From contig CAWEAL010000003.1 of NCBI GenBank assembly GCA_963807035.1, positions 238,716 to 302,715 of the forward strand: DNA of 64,000 nt, in the 5' to 3' direction. Position numbers and translations under genes: made by a program. Under the pieces are notes generated by a model. That model was not told the DNA's origin. It saw only the letters and a list, made by a program, of their open reading frames with translations, and made no database searches. This document shows positions 17,550-25,700 of the stretch, in pieces. Position 1 is the first letter of the stretch. Each line of letters starts with the position of its first letter. The stretch is from an uncultured Chloroflexia bacterium (lineage in GTDB: Bacteria; Chloroflexota; Limnocylindria; Limnocylindrales; CSP1-4).

Positions 17550-18963
17550 TCGGAATGTCGCCGGCAGACGCACTACGGCAGGTCCCTGGTGGGTTCGGAC
17601 TCCAACCCATGCACCAGGTATGGGTGTCGTGCTCAGCCAGAAGGTGAATTCGGCCGGTCCAGGCGGATTCCGAGGACCGCCTGGCCATACCGCGGGCGGT
17701 CTCAGTCGGTCATCGCAACGATCTTGGCGAGCGCCTCGGATGGTTTCATCGAACCGAGCGTCTGTCGAGGCCGGCCGTTGAGCTCGCGGGCGACGTCGTC
17801 GAGATGCTCCTGGCTGTGGACCGAGAGGTCGGTGCCCTTGGGGAAGTACTGGCGCAGCAGGCCGTTGGTGTTCTCGTTGCTGCCCCGCTGCCAAGGGCTG
17901 TGGGGATCGCAGAAATAGACCGGCAGGCCGGTCTCGACCGTGAACGCGGCGTGCTGGGCCATCTCCCGGCCGCGGTCCCAGGTGAGGCTCCGGCGGAGCT
18001 GCTCGGGCAGGCGCACGATCTGGCTGGCGAGCGCTGCGCGGACCTGGTGCGCCAGGTGGCCCTCGGGCAGGGCGAAGAGGATGACGAAGCGGGTCTGGCG
18101 CTCGACGAGGGTGCCGATCGCGCTGCGGTTGTGGGTGCCCGCGATCAGGTCGCCTTCCCAGTGGCCGGGGACGGCGCGATCGTCGGCCTCGGCCGGCCGT
18201 TCGCTGAGCAGGATCATGTCGCGCATCGAGCCAACCGGGCGGAAATGGCCGAGTGGCCGGCGGCGGGTCTGGCCCCGGCGCAGGCAGCGGGTCAGCTCGG
18301 CCCGCAGGGCGCCCCGGCCCTGGACGAAGAGCGATTGATAGATCGTCTCGTGGGACACCCACCGCTCCGGCTCGTTGGGGTGATCGTGACGCAGGCGAGC
18401 TGCCACCTGCTGGGGCGACCAGCGTGCGGCCAGGAGCCGCTCGACGGCGTGGCGCAGGCGCGGATCGCGGGCGAGCTTGGTGGACCTCGGTCGGCGGACC
18501 CGCCGCGCCGCCCGGGCCTCCCCAAGGTACGCCCGATAGCGCCGCCGGCCGCCATTGGCCCCGACCTCGCGCGAGACGCTCGAGGCTGCCCGGCCCAGGC
18601 GGGTCGCGATGTGGCGGAACGATTCGCCGGCCCGCAGGCCGCGGCTGATCTCCTCACGCTCGGCCACCGAGAGGCGCAACGCCGAGCGGCTCATCGGTCG
18701 CGGTGGGATCCCACCTGAACGACGCAGGACCCGTTGCACGGTGCGCCTCGTGCGGGCCATGACCGCGGCCACTGACGTGATCGTCTCGCCGGACGCCACC
18801 CGCCGGCGGATCTCGAGCTCGACTGCCCGGGTCACCCTCTCATTGCCAGGTTTCCCACTCACCCTGCCACCTCCTCGACGCCAGTTCAGCCGTGGTTCGC
18901 TCGTCGAGGATGATGCGTTGATGGCTTGAGCCCGCAGCGCCTGCCAGCGACATTCGTACGAAG
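17545..18963 (-). mobile_element. IS30-family insertion sequence (about 1.4 kb)
   Basis: Single transposase ORF. Imperfect terminal inverted repeats CTTCGTCGGAATGTCGCCGGCAGACGC (17545-17571) and CTTCGTACGAATGTCGCTGGCAGGCGC (reverse complement of 18937-18963), about 22 of 27 identical. No clear target duplication seen. Confidence 0.7.
17702..18862 (-). CDS. IS30 family transposase
   Basis: N-terminal HTH region. DDE core with HWEGDLI, ..LTWDRGREM.., ..PWQRGSNENTNGLLRQYFPKG is typical of IS30. Confidence 0.95.
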   Translation of the reverse strand: MSGKPGNERVTRAVELEIRRRVASGETITSVAAVMARTRRTVQRVLRRSGGIPPRPMSRSALRLSVAEREEISRGLRAGESFRHIATRLGRAASSVSREVGANGGRRRYRAYLGEARAARRVRRPRSTKLARDPRLRHAVERLLAARWSPQQVAARLRHDHPNEPERWVSHETIYQSLFVQGRGALRAELTRCLRRGQTRRRPLGHFRPVGSMRDMILLSERPAEADDRAVPGHWEGDLIAGTHNRSAIGTLVERQTRFVILFALPEGHLAHQVRAALASQIVRLPEQLRRSLTWDRGREMAQHAAFTVETGLPVYFCDPHSPWQRGSNENTNGLLRQYFPKGTDLSVHSQEHLDDVARELNGRPRQTLGSMKPSEALAKIVAMTD

Positions 18964-18978
18964 GTGGGGTGGAGATGT

Positions 18979-19084
18979 GCCGGACGGGCGGGGATCGAGA
19001 TATGCGCAGGACGGCGGGATCGAGATATGCGCCGGACGGCGGGATCGGGAATGCGGGCGCACCGGACGTGGATCGGGGATGAGA
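18979..19084. repeat. degenerate ~26-nt tandem repeat (CCGGACGGCGGGATCGAGATATGCG), about 4 copies, abutting the tRNA 3' end
   Basis: Read directly between the right end of the IS and tRNA-Ala(CGC). Confidence 0.55.
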
Positions 19085-19160
19085 TGGTGGAGATGAGGGG
19101 ACTCGAACCCCTGGCCTCCGCGATGCGAACGCGGCGCTCTGCCAGCTGAGCTACATCCCC
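19085..19160 (-). tRNA. tRNA-Ala (anticodon CGC), CCA encoded
   Basis: Reverse complement GGGGATGTAGCTCAGCTGGCAGAGCGCCGCGTTCGCATCGCGGAGGCCAGGGGTTCGAGTCCCCTCATCTCCACCA. G3:U70 present and anticodon loop TTCGCAT. Confidence 0.95.
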
Positions 19161-19376
19161 ACCGAGGGTCGAACCGGGCGGCGAGTCGGACTCGCCCCGG
19201 GACCGGCGCCGAGTGTAGCAGAGGGTCCGTCCTGACTCGTCGCCCTGCGCCTCGTTGCGATACGAGCCATCGATCACCACGACGATCACCACGACGAGCT
19301 GCCTGGTGCCACCACCCTGCTGCCGGAGCTTCTCGAACATCGCTCCGTGGACCCACGCCGCGGGGGGCGGGAAACC

Positions 19377-19405
19377 TTGACAGAACAGAACGTTTGTTCG
19401 ATCAT
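19377..19405 (+). promoter_or_regulatory. imuA' promoter (TTGACA-N17-GATCAT) with a LexA/Cheo box AGAACGTTTGTTCGA in the spacer
   Basis: GAAC-N4-GTTC at 19388-19399. Near-identical layout to the dnaE2 promoter at 22679. Confidence 0.8.
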
Positions 19406-19490
19406 CGATGGCCCATGGCGAGCCTCTCCCCGGACGTTTCGGCCGCTCTCGCTTCCCTTCGGACGCGCTGGGGAGCGGCAGCTCCCGCGG

Positions 19491-20660
19491 GTGATCGGCT
19501 CGCTCGCGATTTCCCCTGGGCTGGACGCCGAGGCGCTTCCCGACGGGCTGCCGGCGGCCCTCACGGGCGGCCTGCCGGCCACGTCGTTCGGCGGCCTGCC
19601 ACGGCCGGTCGACTCGGACCGAGTGATCACGACCGGTTTCGTCGCGCTCGACGCGATCCTCGGACCGGGCGGGGTGCCCCGCGATGCGGCGGTCGCCCTG
19701 TGCGGCGATCCATCGAGCGGTCGGACGACCCTCGCCCTGCGGCTCGTCGCCGGGGCCCAGGCCAGCGGCTCGATCGCCGCCTGGGTGGACCTTGCCCGGA
19801 GCCTGGATCCGGTCGAGGCGGTTGCCCGGGGAGTTCGCCTGGAATGGCTCGTCGTCCTCGAGCCAGCCTCGCCCGACGAAGGGATCGCGATGGCCGGATC
19901 GCTCCTCGCCGGGCGGTCGGTCGACGTCCTCGTGGTCGACCTGCCGGAGGACGCCCGGGCGCTCGCACGCAACGATCTGCCGCCAAGGGAGGGTCCACCA
20001 CGGGACAGCCATCCACCGAAACGCTCACCGAGCCTGGCCAATCGCCTCGAACGCCTGGCTGCGCTCGCCCGGCGGGCCGGTGTCCTGCTCATCGTCCTCG
20101 AGCCGCCGGGGCTCGAGCGGGAGCTGGCAGCCGCCGTGGGCTCGTCGACAGCGCTCCGGCTCGAGCTGGCCCGTCGATCGTGGATCCGGCTCGGCCGGGA
20201 TGTCGTCGGCCAGCGCACCGAGGTGGTCGTCGGTCGGAACCGGTTCGGCCCAACGGGCCGTCGCGTGGAGCTCCGGATCCTGTACGCGGAAGGCGGGAGC
20301 CGGGACGCCTGCCTCCGGCGCGATTCGCTCCTCGTCGATCTCCTTGGCCCGGCCGTACCCGGTGCCGTGCCAGCTTGCATGGCCGTGCCCGGGGCGATCG
20401 CTCCAGGCACGGCCACCACCACCTACGCCCCCATCGGCCTGCCATCACGGATTCATGATCGTGCGACGTCTCCACCTCCTCTGGACACACTTGCCACTCC
20501 GGCTCGCCCGGGCCCGCTCCGCCTCGTTCCCGACCGGGCCGGTGATCCTGGGCGGCCAACCCTGGGCGGCCGGGACCGTCCTCGACGCGAGCCCGGCGGC
20601 GACCGAGCTCGGCGTCAAGCGGGGGATGCCGCTCGGGAGCGCGCACCGGCTCGCGCCTGA
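19491..20660 (+). CDS. imuA: ImuA' (RecA/SulA-fold mutasome accessory protein); 5' end ambiguous
   Basis: TTGFVALDAILGPGGVPRDAAVALCGDPSSGRTTLALRL..AWVDL..VDVLVVDL RecA-like core. GTG 19491 is the first start in this frame. A near-leaderless ATG at 19415 lies in the frame one nt back and would need a +1 correction near 19484. The 3' end overlaps imuB by 206 nt. Confidence 0.75.
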   Translation: MIGSLAISPGLDAEALPDGLPAALTGGLPATSFGGLPRPVDSDRVITTGFVALDAILGPGGVPRDAAVALCGDPSSGRTTLALRLVAGAQASGSIAAWVDLARSLDPVEAVARGVRLEWLVVLEPASPDEGIAMAGSLLAGRSVDVLVVDLPEDARALARNDLPPREGPPRDSHPPKRSPSLANRLERLAALARRAGVLLIVLEPPGLERELAAAVGSSTALRLELARRSWIRLGRDVVGQRTEVVVGRNRFGPTGRRVELRILYAEGGSRDACLRRDSLLVDLLGPAVPGAVPACMAVPGAIAPGTATTTYAPIGLPSRIHDRATSPPPLDTLATPARPGPLRLVPDRAGDPGRPTLGGRDRPRREPGGDRARRQAGDAARERAPARA

Positions 20661-21708
20661 GGCGACCTTCCTCGAGCCCGACCGGGATCGGGATGGCGCG
20701 GCGATCGAAGCGGCACTCGAACGGCTGGCGGCGTTCAGCCCGGGGGTCGCCGGGGCCGCCGACCCGGCCGACCCGACCTTCGGCCTGCTCGAAGTCCAGG
20801 TCGACGGCCTCGACCGGCTGTGGGGCGCGGAGCCGGTGCTTGCCGTCCGCCTCGTTGAGGTCCTCGTGCCGATCCTGCCCGGCCCACCCAGGGTCGGGAT
20901 TGCCGGGACGCGTTTCGCCGCGACGATCGCGGCCGCCACCGCCGCACCGAGGGCTGGCTCGACGATGATCGTCGGGCCCGGCGACGAGGCGCTCTTCCTC
21001 GGGCCGCTGCCGGCCGGCCTGCTCACCCCCGATCCGGACATCCGGGCCCGGCTCGGAAGATTCGGGCTGCGCCGGATCGATGCCGTGGCTCGCCTGCCTC
21101 GATCGTCTCTCATTGCCCGGTTCGGGGACGAAGGTGCCCGGATCCACGCCCGGGCGACCGGCGAGGAGCTCGAGCCGTTCCGTCCGCGCCGCGCGCCCGA
21201 ACGGTTGTGCTTGGGGATCGGCCTGGAACCGCCGATCGAGGAGCTCGAGCCGCTCCGGTTCGTCCTCCATCGCCTGACCGCGGCGCTGGCCGACCAGCTG
21301 GTTGCCAGGGGAGCGGCAACCGGCCGGGTCAGCCTACGGCTCAGCCTGGATCCGGCGTTCGCCATATCCGGCAGCCCGACGGAAATGAGCGTGGAGCAGC
21401 GCCTGCCGGAGCCAACGTCGGATGCCGAGGCGGTCGAACGCCTCCTGTTCGCCCGCCTCGAGCGCGAGCCACCGCCGGTCGCCGTAGCCCGCCTCGAGCT
21501 GGAGCTGGCCGAGGTCGCCCCGGCCGCCGGCCAGCAGCTGGCCCTGTTCATCCCCCAGGCGAACCGGCTCGCCCGGCTCCGCTGGCAGCTCGCCCGGCTC
21601 GCCCTGGCCTTCGGCGACGATCGCGTCGGCCGGGTCGAGCTGGCAGATCCCGAGGCGCCCCTGGCCGAGGGACGCTGGACCTGGCATCCGGTCGAGGTGG
21701 GCCCGTGA
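20455..21708 (+). CDS. imuB: ImuB (inactive Y-family polymerase-like), core ORF ending at a stop next to a frame break
   Basis: N-terminus RRLHLLWTHLPLRLA..GVKRGMPLGSA. Y-family palm-like layout without the catalytic acidic triad. QLALF beta-clamp-type motif. Confidence 0.85.
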   Translation: MIVRRLHLLWTHLPLRLARARSASFPTGPVILGGQPWAAGTVLDASPAATELGVKRGMPLGSAHRLAPEATFLEPDRDRDGAAIEAALERLAAFSPGVAGAADPADPTFGLLEVQVDGLDRLWGAEPVLAVRLVEVLVPILPGPPRVGIAGTRFAATIAAATAAPRAGSTMIVGPGDEALFLGPLPAGLLTPDPDIRARLGRFGLRRIDAVARLPRSSLIARFGDEGARIHARATGEELEPFRPRRAPERLCLGIGLEPPIEELEPLRFVLHRLTAALADQLVARGAATGRVSLRLSLDPAFAISGSPTEMSVEQRLPEPTSDAEAVERLLFARLEREPPPVAVARLELELAEVAPAAGQQLALFIPQANRLARLRWQLARLALAFGDDRVGRVELADPEAPLAEGRWTWHPVEVGP

Positions 21709-21712
21709 GCCG

Positions 21713-22036
21713 GTGTGCGATCGAGGTTCCACCCTTGCCCGACAGCCCGCCGCGCCTGCCCGAGAGCTCGCCCGGGGTTCCGCCGCGATGACCCGGCTGC
21801 TGCGCGAGCATCCCTCGATCGACGTCGAGCTCGATCCGGCCGGCCGCCTCGTCGCGATTCGCTGGGCCGGCCGGCGGGAGGCTGTCGAGGTCTGCAATCG
21901 CTGGCGGGTCGACGAAGCCTGGTGGCGCCAGCCGATCGCCCGCGATTACTTCAAGGTCGTCGGACCGCGCTGGCTGGCCCTGGTCTACCTCGACCGGCTC
22001 AATGGCTCATGGCACCTCGAGCGAGTCTACGACTGA
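21713..22036 (+). CDS. ImuB C-terminal-module-like ORF (detached; conserved part starts around ATG 21788)
   Basis: RWRVDEAWWRQPIARDYFKV..GPRWLALVYLD..SWHLERVYD resembles the tail I recall at the end of full-length ImuB proteins. It lies in the +1 frame relative to imuB. Confidence 0.6.
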   Translation: MCDRGSTLARQPAAPARELARGSAAMTRLLREHPSIDVELDPAGRLVAIRWAGRREAVEVCNRWRVDEAWWRQPIARDYFKVVGPRWLALVYLDRLNGSWHLERVYD

Positions 22037-22420
22037 CGCACCGCTGCTTCGGGGTCGCCCGGGGGCAGGGCCTCGCCCGACCGCCCCGCCTGGACCGATT
22101 TGGGGGCTCCGACCGACCATACGGCGGCTGCTGGCGGAATCTGGCACAAACCGTGGAGGCCCCCCGGCGCGCCGCCCGACGCGGGCCCGACGCGCCGCGC
22201 AAGCGCGGACCGTGGTCGTGCCGCCCGACGCGGGCTCAACGTGCCGCTACTTCGGGATGTTGCCCGCGACGAACAGCACAACCAGCCCGATCAGCACGCA
22301 GGCGAGCACGCCCGCCCCGATCACGTCGCGCAATCGCAGATCCATTGCCGCCTACTGTACCCGCCGGCCTCGCGGAACGCCGAGACACCCGATGCGAATC
22401 CGAGACCCATCCCGGCATTG

Positions 22421-22458
22421 CACGAGGCCCCATCGCACCCATGCGACGGGGCCTCGTG
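22421..22458. other. 17-bp inverted repeat (hairpin) in the imuB-dnaE2 spacer
   Basis: CACGAGGCCCCATCGCA-ccca-TGCGACGGGGCCTCGTG with one mismatch. No U-tract on either strand. Confidence 0.5.
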
Positions 22459-22678
22459 GGCTCCTGCGCCCGTGCTCGAGCAGCAGGGCGGGTCGGCGGA
22501 CCGGCTGACGGGGTCGGTCGCCGCCAAACACAGACGCGAACCCCCAGGTGCGCATCCGATCTGGCTTGCATGAGTGACGCCGGAGCCCTCTGAAATGTTG
22601 CGCCCTGGGCGCCTGATCTTTTGCCGGCCGGGGCGGTTGCGACCGTCCGCTCCGGACTCCCGCTCCCGACCCGCGGCA

Positions 22679-22708
22679 TTGACACAAACAGAACGGATGT
22701 TCGATCAT
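22679..22708 (+). promoter_or_regulatory. dnaE2 promoter (TTGACA-N18-GATCAT) with a LexA/Cheo box AGAACGGATGTTCGA in the spacer
   Basis: GAAC-N4-GTTC at 22691-22702. ATG 22714 lies 5 nt after the -10-like hexamer, so the mRNA is probably leaderless. Confidence 0.8.
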
Positions 22709-22713
22709 TGGCC

Positions 22714-25700
22714 ATGGCCTACGCCGAACTCCACTGCCACACGAACTTCTCGTTCCTCGACGGCGCGTCGGCCGCCGACGAGCTGGTCGAACGGGCGCTG
22801 GCACTCGGCCTGACCGGGCTGGCAGTCACCGATCACAACGGCCTCTACGGGGTCGTCCGCTTTGCCGCGACCGCCCGCGAGGCGGGGCTTCGGCCGGTGC
22901 TCGGGGTCGAGATCGAGCTGCTCGATCCGTTCGTGCCGGATCCCGAGCGGATCGTCGTCCCGGCCCGCCGCCGGCCTGCCAGCGGGGCGCGACGCCACGG
23001 CCAGGGGCGCACCTCCGATCCGGCGGTCGTCCCGATCGAAGGCGTGCCGGCCCGACCCCGACCGGAACGGGCCCGGTTGCCCGGCCGGCGAGAGCCGGTC
23101 AAGGAGGACCTGCGCGGGATCGGTGCCGGCTCACGCGGCCCGCATCTCGTCCTCCTGGCCCGCGATTCGACCGGCTACCGGAGCCTGTGCCGGCTGATCA
23201 GCCGGGCGAACCTGGCCGGGACGAAGGGCGTGCCCCGCTTCAGCCAGGCCCTCCTGGCCGATCACACGGAGGGCCTCCTGGCCCTCTCCGGCTGCCGCGA
23301 CGGGGAGCTTGCCCGACGGCTCCGGGTGGGCGACCGGGATGGAGCGCGGCGGGTCGCCGAAGGCTATGCGACGCTTTTCGGCGGGAGCACGTCGAAGGGA
23401 CAGACCGGACGGGCCGGGGCTCAGGCCGGTGGCGCCGCGGCGGCTGGTTTCATCCTCGAGCTCCAGCACCACCTCCTGCCCGAGGACGACTGGCTGGTCG
23501 CCGAGACCACCCGCCTGGCCGAGGAGCTGGGCCTGCCCTGCGCCGTCACGAACAACGTCCACTACGCCCTGCCCGAGGGACGCGAGCTGCAGGACGTGAT
23601 CAGCGCGATCCGTCACGGCCGGACCCTTGACACGCTGGCCGATCTGCGCCGGCCCGACGGTGAGTCGTACCTCAAGTCGGAGGTCGAGATGCTGGCCCTG
23701 CCACCGGGCGACCGGGCCGCCCCGGATAATGACCTGGGCAACGACTCGGACCATGATCCGCGGACCGCCCGGGCGTGGGCCGCCGGGGTGGCCACGGCCG
23801 CCGAGATCGCCGCAGCCTGCACCGTCGACCTCGGCTTCGAGCGCTATCGCTTTCCGGGCTTCAGCGTCCCCCCGGGCGAGACTCCGTTCAGTCACCTGGC
23901 CGAGCTGTGCCACGCTGGCGCCCGGCGGCGCTACCACCCGCTCACCCCGGCCGTCCTCAGCCAGCTCAGCCACGAGCTCGCGGTCATCGAGCGGACCGGC
24001 CTGGCCGAGTTCTTCCTGATCTGCTGGGACCTGATGCGCTTCGCCCGGGAGCGGCGGATTCCCGCCCAGGGCCGGGGCAGCGCCGCCGATTCGATCGTGG
24101 CCTACGTCCTGGGGATCACCCGGGTCGACCCGATCCGCCACAACCTCCTGTTCGAGCGGTTCATCAACGAGGGCCGGACGACCTACCCGGACGTCGACAT
24201 CGACTTCTCGTCCGAGCGCCGGGAGGAGATCATCCAGTACGTCTACGGCAAGTACGGCCCCGAGCACACCGGGATGGTCTGCAACGTCGTCACCTATCGG
24301 GCCCGCTCGGTCGTGCGCGAGGTCGGCGTTGCCCTCGGATTCCCCCGGCCGCTGGTCGACCGGGTGGCCAGGGCCCTCGAGACCTACGACTCGGTGATGG
24401 TCCGGCGCGACCTGGAGTCGGACGGCGGATTCGCCGAGTTCTTCCGGCGGCCGGCCGAACCGGCCGGTCCGGCGGCTCCCATAGCCGAGCGGCACGGACT
24501 GGCCGATCGGATGGGCCGGCTCAACCTGCCGGGCAAGCCGGCGATCCGGTCCGGCAGCGCCACCGACGACAAGGGAGGTCCGGGTGACTCTCCGGCGAGC
24601 GTCGCCTGGCTCCAATCCGGACGCGGCACCGGCCGGCTCGACGGCCGTTCGATCGATCCTGAGAGCGGCGTGCTCCTGCCCGCCGAGCGGCGAACCGACA
24701 AGCTCGGCCGTCCGAATCACTGGGCCGGCGATGGCCCGATCGCCGCCACGTCCCGGGCCGGCAGCACGGTCGGCCTGTCGGACTGGGAGCGCTGGCTCGA
24801 GCTCTGCGCCCGGATGGACGGTTTCCCCCGCCACCTGAGCATCCACAGCGGGGGGATGCTGATCACGGCCGCGCCCCTGATCGACATCGCCCCGCTCGAG
24901 CGGGCGACGATGCCCGGCCGGGTCGTCGTCCAGTACGACAAGCGCGACGTCGAGACGATCAAGCTGATCAAGCTCGACCTGCTCGGCCTGGGGATGCTGG
25001 CGGCCATCGACGAGACGGTCCAGCTGATCGAGCACGACTGCGCCGTGTGCCTCGACCTCGATCGGCTGCCCGAGGAGGTCCCCGAGGTCTTCGGGATGCT
25101 CCAGGCCGCCGACACCGTGGGCGTCTTCCAGGTCGAGAGCCGGGCCCAGATGCAGACCCTGCCGAAATCGCGCCCGAACTGCCTCGACGACCTCGTGGTC
25201 GAGGTGGCGATCATCCGGCCGGGCCCGATCCAGGGCAACGCCGTCCATCCCTACCTGCGCCGCAAGCAGGGTCTCGAACCGGTCACCTACCTCCACCCGA
25301 GCCTGGCCCCGATCCTGGCCGACAGCCTCGGGGTGATCCTGTACCAGGAGCAGGTGATGCGGATCGCGATCGACGTGGCCGGCTTCAGCGCCGGCGATTC
25401 CGACGGGTTCCGGCGGGCCATGGGGACCTGGCGCTCGACCGCCGAGATGGAGAAGCTCCACGCCCGCTTCGTCGACGGTTGCGTGGCGGTCCAGGGCATG
25501 CCCTGCGACGATGCCGAGGAGCTCTTCCGGCGGGTCGCCGGGTTTGCCTCGTTCGGCTTCGCCAAGAGCCATGCCGCCGCCTTTGCCCGGACCGCCTACG
25601 AGTCGTCGTTCCTCAAGCTGTTCTATCCCGCCCAGTTCCTGGTCGGCCTGATCAACGCCCAGCCGATGGGCTTCTACCCGGTCGAGGTGCTGGTCAACGA

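Noticed and set aside
18964-19160. A tRNA-associated genomic island or integrative element at tRNA-Ala(CGC).
   Set aside because: No integrase is present, no duplicated copy of the tRNA 3' end is visible in the window, and the neighbouring genes (M48 peptidase, mutasome cassette) look chromosomal. Only a simple IS30 copy is present.
19408-19494. 28-codon upstream ORF (ATG 19408) whose TGA overlaps the imuA' GTG 19491 as GTGA. This suggested termination-reinitiation coupling.
   Set aside because: ATG 19408 lies only 2 nt after the -10-like hexamer, so it is probably not on the transcript. All three frames are open here by composition, so the overlap is likely coincidental.
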